A DNA stretch of 64,000 bases, taken from the sequence record NZ_CP070571.1, one strand, 5' to 3'. The stretch comes from a plasmid. A program made the position numbers and the translations under genes. Below, piece by piece: positions 23,166-33,111 of the stretch (the stretch's first letter is position 1; each line of letters begins with the position of its first letter). A model generated the notes under the pieces. The model had not been told where the DNA came from. It ran no database searches and worked only from the letters and a program-made list of their open reading frames with translations.

Positions 23166-23996
23166 TTATAAATTTAGTGTGTTTAGAATGGTGATCGCAT
23201 TTTTCTTGGCTTTTATGCTTGATGTTAAATTCGACCCCAAGTTTCCTGTAAGTGCGGACACAAAAACATATTTATGTCCTGATTTGCTTATAATAAACCC
23301 TTCAAACCATCCGTTTTGTAAGGTTCTATTTGCTGTGAATCCTGCACCAGTTTTCCCATACAGTTTTGTACTATTATCCAGATCTTGTAGATACATGTTC
23401 TCTATGGTGTTTTCTATGGCTGAGTTTTTAACTGGGAGATTGTGATTAATAATTTTACGCAGGAATTGAATTTGTTCTTCTGGTGAAATTTTTAAGCTAC
23501 TTTCGAGCCATGCTTCTGTTAATCCGTTGTTTCTTTCTTTATCTCCAGAGAAGTCTTGATTTCCATAATCAAAATCTTTGAGATAATTCTTGATTTTATT
23601 TAATCCAATTTTTTGGGTTATTTCTTGCGAAACCCAAACAACAGAAAATTGCATCCACGTCTTTGGTGTATGATTGCTGTTCCAGATCTCCATTCCTTTG
23701 GGGGTTTTATCCCATTTGAATATGGTTTTCTGATCTATTATTTCCGCATCAAATGCCATAAGTGATAATGCGATCTTGAAAGTTGAATCTGGTGCCATTT
23801 GCGTTGCACACTTTGCTTTATTGAATTGAGCAATTTCAGCGTTTGTGGATGCATCGTAAAGTAAAAAACAACCTTCAGTTCCTTCAAATAATGGAGATGC
23901 AACAGTAGAGATATCTGTTGATGCACTGGCGCTGCTGTAGATAATATTTGCAATTATTAAAAAAATAGCGAAGTTGATATGTATTGTGTTTTTCAT
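23166..23996 (-). CDS. blaOXA-1: class D beta-lactamase OXA-1 (276 aa)
   Basis: MKNTIHINFAIFLIIANIIYSSASASTDISTVASPLFEGTEGCFLLYDASTNAEIAQFNKAKCATQMAPDSTFKIALSLMAFD... STFK and KTG motifs. Start taken at MKNT rather than the upstream track Met. Confidence 0.95.
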   Translation of the reverse strand: MKNTIHINFAIFLIIANIIYSSASASTDISTVASPLFEGTEGCFLLYDASTNAEIAQFNKAKCATQMAPDSTFKIALSLMAFDAEIIDQKTIFKWDKTPKGMEIWNSNHTPKTWMQFSVVWVSQEITQKIGLNKIKNYLKDFDYGNQDFSGDKERNNGLTEAWLESSLKISPEEQIQFLRKIINHNLPVKNSAIENTIENMYLQDLDNSTKLYGKTGAGFTANRTLQNGWFEGFIISKSGHKYVFVSALTGNLGSNLTSSIKAKKNAITILNTLNL

Positions 23997-24126
23997 AATA
24001 AGTATTGGTTTGGTAAAGGGCTTAATTTTAACGGCTAACAATTAATGAGGCTCCGGGTTCGCCCAACGTTTGACATGAGGGGCGGCCAAGGGCGCCAGCC
24101 CTTGGACGTCCCCCTCGATGGAAGGG

Positions 24127-24726
24127 TTAGGCATCACTGCGTGTTCGCTCGAATGCCTGGCGTGTTTGAACCATGTACACGGCTGGACCATATGGGGTGG
24201 TTACGGTACCTTGCCTCTCAAACCCCGCTTTCTCGTAGCATCGGATCGCTCGCAAGTTGCTCGGCGACGGGTCCGTTTGGATCTTGGTGACCTCGGGATC
24301 ATTGAACAGCAACTCAACCAGAGCTCGAACCAGCTTGGTTCCCAAGCCTTTGCCCAGTTGTGATGCATTCGCCAGTAACTGGTCTATTCCGCGTACTCCT
24401 GGATCGGTTTCTTCTTCCCACCTTCCGTCCCCGCTTCCAAGAGCAACGTACGACTGGGCATACCCAATCGGCTCTCCATTCAGCATTGCAATGTATGGAG
24501 TGACGGACTCTTGCGCTAAAACGCTTGGCAAGTACTGTTCCTGTACGTCAGCAAGTGTCGGGCGTGCTTCTTCTCCGCCCCACCACTCGACGATATGAGA
24601 TCGATTTAGCCACTCATAGAGCATCGCAAGGTCATGCTCAGTCATGAGGCGCAGTGTGACGGAATCGTTGCTGTTGGTCACGATGCTGTACTTTGTGATG
24701 CCTAACTTTGTTTTTGCGTTGCTCAT
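24127..24726 (-). CDS. aac(6')-Ib-cr: AAC(6')-Ib-cr (199 aa) with both -cr substitutions: W102R (GDGRWEEE) and D179Y (TTPYGPAV)
   Basis: [39 protein letters not shown]...[16 protein letters not shown]...[27 protein letters not shown]. First cassette after attI1. Confidence 0.9.
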   Translation of the reverse strand: MSNAKTKLGITKYSIVTNSNDSVTLRLMTEHDLAMLYEWLNRSHIVEWWGGEEARPTLADVQEQYLPSVLAQESVTPYIAMLNGEPIGYAQSYVALGSGDGRWEEETDPGVRGIDQLLANASQLGKGLGTKLVRALVELLFNDPEVTKIQTDPSPSNLRAIRCYEKAGFERQGTVTTPYGPAVYMVQTRQAFERTRSDA

Positions 24727-24831
24727 GATGTCTAACTCCCAATTTGTGTAGGGCTTATTATGCACGCTTAAAAATAATAAAAGCAGACTTGACCTGATAG
24801 TTTGGCTGTGAGCAATTATGTGCTTAGTGCA

Positions 24832-24900
24832 TCTAACTTTGTTTTAGGGCGACTGCCCTGCTGCGTAACATCGTTGCTGCTCCATAACATCAAACATCGA
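24832..24900 (-). other. attI1 recombination site of the class 1 integron
   Basis: On the cassette strand the sequence reads ...GCAGGGCAGTCGCCCTAAAACAAAGTTAGAT | GCACTAAGCACATAATTGC, i.e. the GTTAGAT boundary followed by the cassette start. Confidence 0.75.
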
Positions 24901-24972
24901 CCCACGGCGTAACGCGCTTGCTGCTTGGATGCCCGAGGCATAGACTGTACAAAAAAACAGTCATAACAAGCC

Positions 24973-25986
24973 ATGAAAACCGCCACTGCGCCGTTACCAC
25001 CGCTGCGTTCGGTCAAGGTTCTGGACCAGTTGCGTGAGCGCATACGCTACTTGCATTACAGTTTACGAACCGAACAGGCTTATGTCCACTGGGTTCGTGC
25101 CTTCATCCGTTTCCACGGTGTGCGTCACCCGGCAACCTTGGGCAGCAGCGAAGTCGAGGCATTTCTGTCCTGGCTGGCGAACGAGCGCAAGGTTTCGGTC
25201 TCCACGCATCGTCAGGCATTGGCGGCCTTGCTGTTCTTCTACGGCAAGGTGCTGTGCACGGATCTGCCCTGGCTTCAGGAGATCGGAAGACCTCGGCCGT
25301 CGCGGCGCTTGCCGGTGGTGCTGACCCCGGATGAAGTGGTTCGCATCCTCGGTTTTCTGGAAGGCGAGCATCGTTTGTTCGCCCAGCTTCTGTATGGAAC
25401 GGGCATGCGGATCAGTGAGGGTTTGCAACTGCGGGTCAAGGATCTGGATTTCGATCACGGCACGATCATCGTGCGGGAGGGCAAGGGCTCCAAGGATCGG
25501 GCCTTGATGTTACCCGAGAGCTTGGCACCCAGCCTGCGCGAGCAGCTGTCGCGTGCACGGGCATGGTGGCTGAAGGACCAGGCCGAGGGCCGCAGCGGCG
25601 TTGCGCTTCCCGACGCCCTTGAGCGGAAGTATCCGCGCGCCGGGCATTCCTGGCCGTGGTTCTGGGTTTTTGCGCAGCACACGCATTCGACCGATCCACG
25701 GAGCGGTGTCGTGCGTCGCCATCACATGTATGACCAGACCTTTCAGCGCGCCTTCAAACGTGCCGTAGAACAAGCAGGCATCACGAAGCCCGCCACACCG
25801 CACACCCTCCGCCACTCGTTCGCGACGGCCTTGCTCCGCAGCGGTTACGACATTCGAACCGTGCAGGATCTGCTCGGCCATTCCGACGTCTCTACGACGA
25901 TGATTTACACGCATGTGCTGAAAGTTGGCGGTGCCGGAGTGCGCTCACCGCTTGATGCGCTGCCGCCCCTCACTAGTGAGAGGTAG
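24973..25986 (+). CDS. intI1: class 1 integron integrase IntI1 (337 aa)
   Basis: [92 protein letters not shown]...[61 protein letters not shown]. Confidence 0.97.
25060..25088 (-). promoter_or_regulatory. cassette promoter Pc, variant PcH1 (TGGACA -17- TAAACT), inside the intI1 coding region
   Basis: Reverse complement of 25060-25088 is TGGACATAAGCCTGTTCGGTTCGTAAACT. The -35 TGGACA combined with the -10 TAAACT gives the hybrid-1 form. Confidence 0.75.
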
Positions 25987-26163
25987 GGCAGCGCAAGTCA
26001 ATCCTGGCGGATTCACTACCCCTGCGCGAAGGCCATCGGTGCCGCATCGAACGGCCGGTTGCGGAAAGTCCTCCCTGCGTCCGCTGATGGCCGGCAGCAG
26101 CCCGTCGTTGCCTGATGGATCCAACCCCTCCGCTGCTATAGTGCAGTCGGCTTCTGACGTTCA

Positions 26164-26188
26164 GTGCAGCCGTCTTCTGAAAACGACA
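26164..26188. repeat. class 1 integron IRi (25 bp)
   Basis: GTGCAGCCGTCTTCTGAAAACGACA is the reverse complement of TGTCGTTTTCAGAAGACGGCTGCAC. Confidence 0.85.
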
Positions 26189-26539
26189 ATGGAGGTGGTA
26201 GCCGAGGGTGTGGAAACACCCGACTGCCTTGCGTGGTTGCGGCAGGCGGGTTGCGACACGGTGCAGGGTTTCCTGTTCGCCAGGCCGATGCCGGCGGCGG
26301 CCTTCGTCGGCTTCGTCAACCAATGGAGGAACACCACCATGAACGCCAATGAACCGAGCACCAGTTGCTGCGTGTGCTGCAAGGAAATCCCGCTCGATGC
26401 CGCCTTCACGCCGGAAGGGGCCGAGTACGTGGAGCATTTCTGCGGGCTGGAGTGCTATCAGCGCTTCCAGGCGCGGGCCAGCACTGCGACCGAAACCAGC
26501 GTCAAACCGGACGCTTGTGATTCGCCGCCGTCAGGTTGA
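26188..26539 (+). CDS. tnpM: urf2M / tnpM-type remnant (EAL-domain C-terminus) of a Tn21-subfamily transposon, 117 aa
   Basis: [56 protein letters not shown]... begins exactly at the IRi boundary, the hallmark of an integron inserted in urf2. The track ORF 25925-26539 reads through IRi. Confidence 0.7.
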
Positions 26540-26714
26540 GGCATACCCTAACTTGATGTCAGGCAGGGCCGCGCCGCTTCGTCAGAATAGAGTCTGCTTT
26601 CCCATTTTTTGACACATGCCCGCGAAGGTTATAGATTTCAGCCTGACAGAAATGGGCTTTGAGGCACAACGGAACAGAAAGTGCACTTAAGCCGCCTTCA
26701 ACCAAGGAGACATC
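26540..26714. promoter_or_regulatory. res site region of the Tn21-subfamily module
   Basis: Gap upstream of tnpR in the position of res I-III. Subsites not mapped. Confidence 0.45.
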
Positions 26715-27275
26715 GTGCAGGGGCACCGCATCGGCTACGTCCGGGTCAGCAGCTTTGACCAGAACCCGGAACGCCAGCTGGAACAAACCCAGGTGAGCAA
26801 GGTGTTCACCGACAAGGCATCGGGCAAGGACACCCAGCGCCCCCAGCTCGAAGCGCTGCTGAGCTTCGTCCGCGAAGGCGATACAGTGGTGGTGCACAGC
26901 ATGGATCGGCTGGCCCGCAACCTCGATGACCTGCGTCGCTTGGTACAGAAGCTGACTCAGCGCGGCGTGCGCATCGAGTTCCTGAAGGAGGGCCTGGTGT
27001 TCACTGGCGAGGACTCGCCGATGGCCAACCTGATGCTGTCGGTGATGGGGGCCTTCGCTGAGTTCGAGCGCGCCCTGATCCGCGAGCGGCAGCGTGAGGG
27101 CATCGCCTTGGCCAAGCAGCGTGGCGCGTACCGGGGCCGCAAGAAAGCCCTGTCCGATGAGCAGGCTGCTACCCTGCGGCAGCGAGCGACGGCCGGCGAG
27201 CCCAAGGCGCAGCTTGCCCGCGAGTTCAACATCAGCCGGGAAACCCTCTACCAGTACCTCCGCACGGACGACTGA
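26715..27275 (+). CDS. tnpR: serine resolvase TnpR of a Tn1721/Tn501-type (Tn21-subfamily) transposon, 186 aa
   Basis: MQGHRIGYVRVSSFDQNPERQLEQTQVSKVFTDKASGKDTQRPQLEALLSFVREGDTVVVHSMDRLARNLDDL... N-terminus differs from the Tn21 TnpR (MTGQRIGYIRVSTFDQ...) as remembered. Confidence 0.85.
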   Translation: MQGHRIGYVRVSSFDQNPERQLEQTQVSKVFTDKASGKDTQRPQLEALLSFVREGDTVVVHSMDRLARNLDDLRRLVQKLTQRGVRIEFLKEGLVFTGEDSPMANLMLSVMGAFAEFERALIRERQREGIALAKQRGAYRGRKKALSDEQAATLRQRATAGEPKAQLAREFNISRETLYQYLRTDD

Positions 27276-27278
27276 CAC

Positions 27279-30245
27279 ATGCCGCGTCGCTTGATCCTCT
27301 CGGCCACGGAGCGGGACACCCTGCTTGCGCTGCCGGAAAGCCAGGATGACCTGATCCGCTACTACACCTTCAACGACTCCGACCTGTCGCTGATCCGCCA
27401 GCGACGCGGCGACGCCAACCGCCTCGGCTTCGCCGTGCAGCTCTGCCTGCTGCGCTACCCCGGTTACGCGCTGGGAACCGACAGCGAGCTGCCCGAGCCG
27501 GTCATCCTGTGGGTGGCGAAGCAAGTCCAGGCCGAGCCGGCGAGCTGGGCAAAGTACGGCGAGCGCGACGTGACCCGTCGCGAGCATGCCCAGGAACTGC
27601 GCACCTACCTGCAACTGGCCCCGTTCGGCCTGTCCGACTTCCGCGCCCTGGTGCGCGAGCTAACCGAGCTGGCCCAGCAGACCGACAAAGGCTTGCTGCT
27701 GGCCGGTCAGGCCCTGGAGAGCCTACGGCAGAAACGACGCATCCTGCCGGCGCTGAGCGTGATTGACCGGGCCTGCTCGGAAGCCATTGCGCGAGCCAAT
27801 CGGCGGGTCTACCGCGCCCTGGTCGAACCACTCACGGACTCGCATCGGGCCAAGCTGGACGAGCTGTTGAAGCTCAAGGCCGGCAGCAGCATCACCTGGT
27901 TGACCTGGCTGCGCCAGGCACCGCTGAAACCCAACTCTCGGCACATGCTGGAACACATCGAGCGGCTGAAGACATTTCAGTTGGTGGACTTGCCCGAAGG
28001 CCTGGGCCGGCACATCCACCAGAACCGCCTGCTCAAGCTGGCCCGCGAGGGTGGGCAGATGACGCCCAAAGACCTCGGTAAGTTCGAGCCGCAGCGCCGC
28101 TACGCGACCCTGGCCGCCGTGGTGCTGGAGAGCACCGCGACCGTGATCGATGAGCTGGTCGATCTGCATGACCGCATCCTGGTCAAGCTGTTCAGCGGCG
28201 CGAAGCACAAGCATCAGCAGCAGTTCCAGAAGCAGGGCAAGGCGATCAACGACAAGGTGCGCCTGTACTCCAGGATCGGCCAGGCGCTGCTGGAAGCGAA
28301 GGAAAGCGGCAGCGACCCCTATGCCGCCATCGAGGCGGTGATTCCCTGGGACGAGTTCACCGAGAGCGTCAGCGAGGCCGAGCTGCTGGCCCGGCCGGAA
28401 GGCTTCGACCACCTGCACCTGGTCGGCGAGAACTTCGCCACCCTGCGCCGTTACACGCCGGCCTTGCTGGAGGTGCTGGAACTGCGCGCCGCGCCGGCCG
28501 CGCAAGGCGTGCTGGCAGCCGTGCAGACCCTGCGTGAGATGAACGCCGACAACCTGCGCAAGGTGCCGGCCGATGCACCCACGGCCTTCATCAAGCCGCG
28601 CTGGAAGCCGCTGGTGATCACCCCGGAAGGCCTCGACCGGAAATTCTACGAAATCTGCGCCCTGTCCGAGCTGAAGAACGCCCTGCGCTCCGGCGACATC
28701 TGGGTCAAGGGCTCGCGGCAGTTCCGCGACTTCGACGACTACCTGCTGCCGGCCGAGAAGTTCGCCGCACTCAAGCGCGAGCAGGCCCTGCCCCTGGCGA
28801 TCAACCCGAACAGCGACCAGTACCTGGAAGAGCGTTTGCAGCTGCTGGACGAGCAGTTGGCCACCGTCACCCGCCTGGCCAAGGACAACGAGCTGCCCGA
28901 TGCCATCCTCACCGAGTCAGGGCTGAAAATCACCCCGCTGGATGCGGCGGTGCCGGATCGGGCGCAGGCGCTGATCGACCAAACCAGCCAGTTACTGCCG
29001 CGCATCAAGATCACCGAACTGCTGATGGACGTGGACGACTGGACGGGCTTCAGCCGCCACTTCACCCACTTGAAGGACGGGGCCGAGGCCAAAGACAGGA
29101 CGTTGCTGCTGTCCGCAATCCTCGGTGATGCGATCAACCTCGGGCTGACCAAGATGGCCGAGTCGAGCCCCGGCCTGACCTACGCCAAGCTGTCCTGGCT
29201 GCAAGCCTGGCACATCCGCGACGAAACCTATTCGGCGGCCTTGGCCGAGCTGGTCAACCACCAGTATCGCCACGCCTTTGCCGCCCACTGGGGCGACGGC
29301 ACGACCTCATCCTCCGATGGCCAGCGCTTCCGCGCGGGTGGCCGGGGCGAGAGCACCGGGCACGTCAACCCGAAGTACGGTAGCGAGCCGGGACGGCTGT
29401 TCTATACCCATATCTCCGACCAGTACGCGCCGTTCAGCACCCGCGTGGTGAATGTCGGCGTCCGCGATTCCACCTATGTGCTCGACGGCCTGCTGTACCA
29501 CGAGTCCGACCTGCGGATCGAGGAGCACTACACCGACACGGCCGGCTTCACCGATCACGTCTTTGCCCTGATGCACCTGCTAGGCTTCCGCTTCGCGCCG
29601 CGCATCCGCGACCTCGGCGAAACCAAGCTGTACGTGCCGCAGGGCGTGCAAGCCTACCCGACGTTGCGCCCGCTGATCGGCGGCACCCTGAACATCAAGC
29701 ACGTGCGTGCCCACTGGGACGACATCCTGCGCCTGGCCAGCTCGATCAAGCAGGGCACCGTCACCGCCTCGCTGATGCTGCGCAAGCTCGGCAGCTACCC
29801 GCGCCAGAACGGACTGGCCGTGGCCCTGCGCGAGCTGGGCCGGATCGAGCGCACGCTGTTCATCCTGGACTGGCTGCAAAGTGTTGAACTGCGCCGCCGC
29901 GTGCATGCCGGCCTGAACAAAGGTGAGGCGCGCAACTCGCTGGCCAGGGCGGTGTTCTTCAACCGCCTTGGGGAAATCAGGGATCGGAGCTTCGAGCAGC
30001 AGCGCTACCGGGCCAGCGGCCTCAACCTGGTGACGGCGGCTATCGTGCTGTGGAACACGGTGTACCTGGAACGCGCCACCCAGGGGTTGGTCGAGGCCGG
30101 CAAGCCGGTGGACGGCGAGCTGCTGCAATTCCTGTCGCCGCTGGGCTGGGAGCACATCAACCTAACCGGCGATTACGTCTGGCGGCAGAGCCGCAGACTG
30201 GAAGACGGGAAGTTTCGGCCCTTACGGATGCCCGGAAAACCTTAG
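27279..30245 (+). CDS. tnpA: Tn21-subfamily (Tn1721/Tn501-like) transposase TnpA, 988 aa
   Basis: 988-aa Tn3-family TnpA. The C-terminus runs into the 38-bp IR. Confidence 0.85.
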   Translation: MPRRLILSATERDTLLALPESQDDLIRYYTFNDSDLSLIRQRRGDANRLGFAVQLCLLRYPGYALGTDSELPEPVILWVAKQVQAEPASWAKYGERDVTRREHAQELRTYLQLAPFGLSDFRALVRELTELAQQTDKGLLLAGQALESLRQKRRILPALSVIDRACSEAIARANRRVYRALVEPLTDSHRAKLDELLKLKAGSSITWLTWLRQAPLKPNSRHMLEHIERLKTFQLVDLPEGLGRHIHQNRLLKLAREGGQMTPKDLGKFEPQRRYATLAAVVLESTATVIDELVDLHDRILVKLFSGAKHKHQQQFQKQGKAINDKVRLYSRIGQALLEAKESGSDPYAAIEAVIPWDEFTESVSEAELLARPEGFDHLHLVGENFATLRRYTPALLEVLELRAAPAAQGVLAAVQTLREMNADNLRKVPADAPTAFIKPRWKPLVITPEGLDRKFYEICALSELKNALRSGDIWVKGSRQFRDFDDYLLPAEKFAALKREQALPLAINPNSDQYLEERLQLLDEQLATVTRLAKDNELPDAILTESGLKITPLDAAVPDRAQALIDQTSQLLPRIKITELLMDVDDWTGFSRHFTHLKDGAEAKDRTLLLSAILGDAINLGLTKMAESSPGLTYAKLSWLQAWHIRDETYSAALAELVNHQYRHAFAAHWGDGTTSSSDGQRFRAGGRGESTGHVNPKYGSEPGRLFYTHISDQYAPFSTRVVNVGVRDSTYVLDGLLYHESDLRIEEHYTDTAGFTDHVFALMHLLGFRFAPRIRDLGETKLYVPQGVQAYPTLRPLIGGTLNIKHVRAHWDDILRLASSIKQGTVTASLMLRKLGSYPRQNGLAVALRELGRIERTLFILDWLQSVELRRRVHAGLNKGEARNSLARAVFFNRLGEIRDRSFEQQRYRASGLNLVTAAIVLWNTVYLERATQGLVEAGKPVDGELLQFLSPLGWEHINLTGDYVWRQSRRLEDGKFRPLRMPGKP

Positions 30246-30278
30246 CGTACGATTTTTTCCGAATTCTGCGGGCTCCCC
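30241..30278. repeat. 38-bp terminal IR (IRtnp), Tn1721/Tn501 type
   Basis: Reverse complement is GGGGAGCCCGCAGAATTCGGAAAAAATCGTACGCTAAG. Overlaps the tnpA stop. Confidence 0.8.
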
Positions 30279-30543
30279 TTAATGACCAGCACAGTCGTGA
30301 TGGCAAGGTCAGAATAGCGCTGAGGTCTGCCTCGTGAAGAAGGTGTTGCTGACTCATACCAGGCCTGAATAGCTTCATCATCCAGCCAGAAAGTTATGGA
30401 GCCACGGTTGATGAGGGCTTTATTGTAGGTGGGCCAGTTGGTTATTTTGAACTTTTGCTTTGCCACGGAACGGTCTGCGTTGTCGGGAAGATGCGTGATC
30501 TGATCCTTCAACTCAGCAAAAGTTCGATTTATTCAACAAAGCC
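30279..30543 (-). mobile_element. IS903-type fragment (IRL plus first ~75 codons of tnp), 265 bp, directly abutting the Tn IR
   Basis: IR GGCTTTGTTGAATAAATCGAACTTTTGCTGAGTTGAAGGATCAG (reverse strand, ending at 30543). Encodes MKDQITHLPDNADRSVAKQKFKITNWPTYNKALINRGSITFWLDDEAIQAWYESATPSSRGRPQRYSDLAITTVLVIK, then diverges. Confidence 0.85.
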
Positions 30544-30847
30544 CATTCAGTCCTCAATTTGTGCATTTTTTAAACGAAAAAAGGGTGTCTAATACGGTGA
30601 AATCATAGTATTACCAAAGTAATAAATAAAAAGTTATTTAAATCAGTAATTTAGATTTGATTTGTAATACCTGGGTAATACCGCAGCATGGCTAAATTTT
30701 GTTTTTTTTCTTTTAAATCAGTGCGATAGCGTGATTTATCACGCTGCGTTAGGTGTATAGCAGGTTAAGGGATAAAAAATCATCTTTTTTTGGTAGGGCG
30801 ATCTCCGTAGGTTAAGGGGCATTTGGCTAAAAAGCGTCCTATTCTTT

Positions 30848-31092
30848 GATGGTCATGCTTGCATGACCATCTGAGCAACCAAAAACTACAGATAAACTAC
30901 AGATAAACTACAAAAAACGTTTTGCCTTAGTGTTGTAAGACTACAAATAGACTACAATAAAACTACAAATAAACTACAAAAAAACGTGACAGACTACAAA
31001 TAGACTACAATAAAACTACAGATAAACTACAAAACTCGATTGACCCCTTCTTACGAGTGTTGTAGAGTCATTTTCATACAACGGAGGGGGTT
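30848..31092 (+). promoter_or_regulatory. orphan oriT-like / StbA-binding region: 24-bp perfect palindrome plus about ten 11-bp direct repeats CTACA(A/G)ATA(A/G)A
   Basis: Palindrome GATGGTCATGCTTGCATGACCATC (30848-30871). Repeats ctacagataaa ctacagataaa ctacaaaaaac ... ctacaaatagactacaataaaactacaaataaa ... (30885-31047) lie immediately upstream of the stbA-like gene. The same architecture recurs at 55144-55303 beside the relaxase operon. Confidence 0.6.
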
Positions 31093-31479
31093 ATGAATAA
31101 ACCAGCAGATCTGAAACCCCGCAACTTATCGGCTGCTGTCAGATTGCGCCTAAATGAAATCGAGAACTGGCTGGACAGAGGGCTAACGCGGCATGAAATT
31201 GCTGAAATCCTCGACAGCGAATACAGCTTTTCGGTAACAGCCAAAGGGCTTGAGATGGCACTGTATAGAACGCGGCAAAACCGAAAAAATGTATTGCACA
31301 ATACGCATGATAAGAGTAGCGCGAAGGGTGCAGCGGAAAGTGTATTGCACAATACACAACCGTCTGAGCCTGAAGTGCAGGAAAGTAAAAAAGCAGAGAG
31401 TCCCGGCATTATTGATAAAGAATTCTTCAAGAAAATCGGTGAGAATTTCGACCCTAAGAAGTTCAACAAAAAATTCTGA
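31093..31479 (+). CDS. StbA-like DNA-binding protein, copy 1 (128 aa); about 60% identical to the copy at 54650-55084
   Basis: MNKPADLKPRNLSAAVRLRLNEIENWLDRGLTRHEIAEILDSEYSFSVTAKGLEMALYRTRQ aligns with MKKATELEPRNLSAAVRTRLDEIEGWLDKGVSRQEIAQLLDAEYSFSVTPKALEMALYRARL. Contains two GTATTGCACAATAC palindromes in its 3' half. Confidence 0.6.
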   Translation: MNKPADLKPRNLSAAVRLRLNEIENWLDRGLTRHEIAEILDSEYSFSVTAKGLEMALYRTRQNRKNVLHNTHDKSSAKGAAESVLHNTQPSEPEVQESKKAESPGIIDKEFFKKIGENFDPKKFNKKF

Positions 31480-31487
31480 GGTGATTT

Positions 31488-31562
31488 ATGAAAGTAGCGG
31501 TAATTAATTACAGTGGCAGTGTTCGTAAAACCTTAATTTCATCTTACCTGTTAGCCCCGCGC
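31488..31562 (+). pseudogene. StbB-like ATPase gene, first 25 codons, truncated by IS903B
   Basis: MKVAVINYSGSVRKTLISSYLLAPR (compare MKIAVMNYSGSVGKTIISSYLLYPR at 54637), then the IS903B IR at 31563. Confidence 0.7.
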
Positions 31563-32619
31563 GGCTTTGTTGAATAAATCAGATTTCGGGTAAGTCTCCC
31601 CCGTAGCGGGTTGTGTTTTCAGGCAATACGCACGCTTTCAGGCATACCTGCTTTCGTCATTTTGTTCAGCGCTCGTACCAGGGCCATAGCCTCTGCAACC
31701 TGACCATCGTAGTCACGCAGTGTCAGTGAACCTCCGAACAGCTGTTTTACCCGGTACATCGCCGTTTCCGCTATCGAGCGACGGTTGTAATCTGTTGTCC
31801 ATTTCCACCGCGCATTACTCCCGGTCAGCCGCTGATTCGCAACAGCACGGTTACGGTCTGCATATTCACCGGGCCAGTAACCCGCGCCTTTTCGGGGCGG
31901 GATAAGCGCGCTGATTTTCTTACGCCGCAGTTCATCGTGACAGAGTTGGGTGTCGTAAGCGCCGTCTGCCGATGCTGCCCTGATTTTTCTGTGAGTCTGC
32001 CGGATAAGACCCGGGAAGGCTTCTGAGTCCGTCACATTGTTCAGCGACAGGTTTGCACAGATGATTTCATGTGTGTTGCTGTCAACTGCCAGATGCAACT
32101 TTCGCCATATACGACGGCGTTCCTGGCCATGCTTTTTGACTTTCCATTCGCCTTCACCAAAGACCTTCAGCCCGGTGGAATCAATCACCAGATGCGCGAT
32201 TTCACCCCGGGTGAACGTTTTGAAACTGACATTAACCGACTTTGCGCGCTTGCTGACACTGGTGTAATCCGGGCAGCGCAACGGAACATTCATCAGTGTA
32301 AAAATGGAATCAATAAAACCCTGTGCAGCCCGCAGGGTCAACCTGAACACGCGTTTAATGACCAGAACGGTGGTGATGGCGAGATCAGAATAGCGCTGAG
32401 GTCTTCCCCGTGATGAAGGCGTTGCCGACTCATACCAGGCCTGAATAGCTTCATCATCCAGCCAGAAAGTTATGGAGCCACGGTTGATGAGGGCTTTATT
32501 GTAGGTGGGCCAGTTGGTTATTTTGAACTTTTGCTTTGCCACGGAATGGTCTGCGTTGTCGGGAAGATGCGTGATCTGATCCTTCAACTCAGCAAAAGTT
32601 CGATTTATTCAACAAAGCC
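31563..32619 (-). mobile_element. IS903B, complete, 1,057 bp
   Basis: 18-bp-plus IRs GGCTTTGTTGAATAAATC at 31563 and its complement ending at 32619. Length exactly 1,057 bp. Confidence 0.9.
31619..32587 (-). CDS. IS903B transposase (IS5 family, IS903 group)
   Basis: MKDQITHLPDNADHSVAKQKFKITNWPTYNKALINRGSITFWLDDEAIQAWYESATPSSRGRPQRYSDLAITTVLVIKRVFRLTLRAAQGF...KAGMPESVRIA. Confidence 0.9.
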   Translation of the reverse strand: MKDQITHLPDNADHSVAKQKFKITNWPTYNKALINRGSITFWLDDEAIQAWYESATPSSRGRPQRYSDLAITTVLVIKRVFRLTLRAAQGFIDSIFTLMNVPLRCPDYTSVSKRAKSVNVSFKTFTRGEIAHLVIDSTGLKVFGEGEWKVKKHGQERRRIWRKLHLAVDSNTHEIICANLSLNNVTDSEAFPGLIRQTHRKIRAASADGAYDTQLCHDELRRKKISALIPPRKGAGYWPGEYADRNRAVANQRLTGSNARWKWTTDYNRRSIAETAMYRVKQLFGGSLTLRDYDGQVAEAMALVRALNKMTKAGMPESVRIA

Positions 32620-33111
32620 GTCTGTGTTGTAAAATGGCGCCGAAAGCCCGGCGTAGCCGGTTGCCGGGCTATAAATTCTGCCACCCTACCCCCTGCCCTG
32701 ATTAGCCTTAACTCGCGAACAGCAATGAAGAAGTCAAAGTAATCCCTTTTAACCCCGGTGAGCGGGCTTTACGGCGTTTACGACGTAAAGGGCGTGATTT
32801 CCGGGGCCTAAGCGGCGGCAGCTTGCTGCTGACGCTTAGGGGGATGTTCATCAACTATTTCAGCGACACCAGGGAACTTAACACGGTAGCTGCAAAGCCC
32901 TAATCCCGCTCACCGCCACGCAGCTGCCGTACGTCCCCCACGGGGGTGCGCAGTGCTGCGCGCGGGAACGGCGGCCCGTCTGCGGGACGCGGCGCCGTAC
33001 TGCGCGTTAGCGGCCGCACGCGGCCGGTTACGGGGGACACTCCGCCATACGACCAGCGACCCGCTGAGCTGCACAATCCACAGATAACACAAGCTACATA
33101 CATGTCGATAT

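Noticed and set aside
24045-24363. 81-aa ORFs on the + strand over the attC / 3' end of aac(6')-Ib-cr (and the same pair at 1588-1876 on the minus strand)
   Set aside because: They are antisense to aac(6')-Ib and run through the attC palindrome. They occur identically at both aac copies, as expected for an artefact of the cassette sequence.
25925-26539. 204-aa +strand ORF overlapping the intI1 3' end
   Set aside because: It reads across IRi. Only the part beginning at the Met overlapping IRi (26188) corresponds to the urf2M/tnpM remnant.
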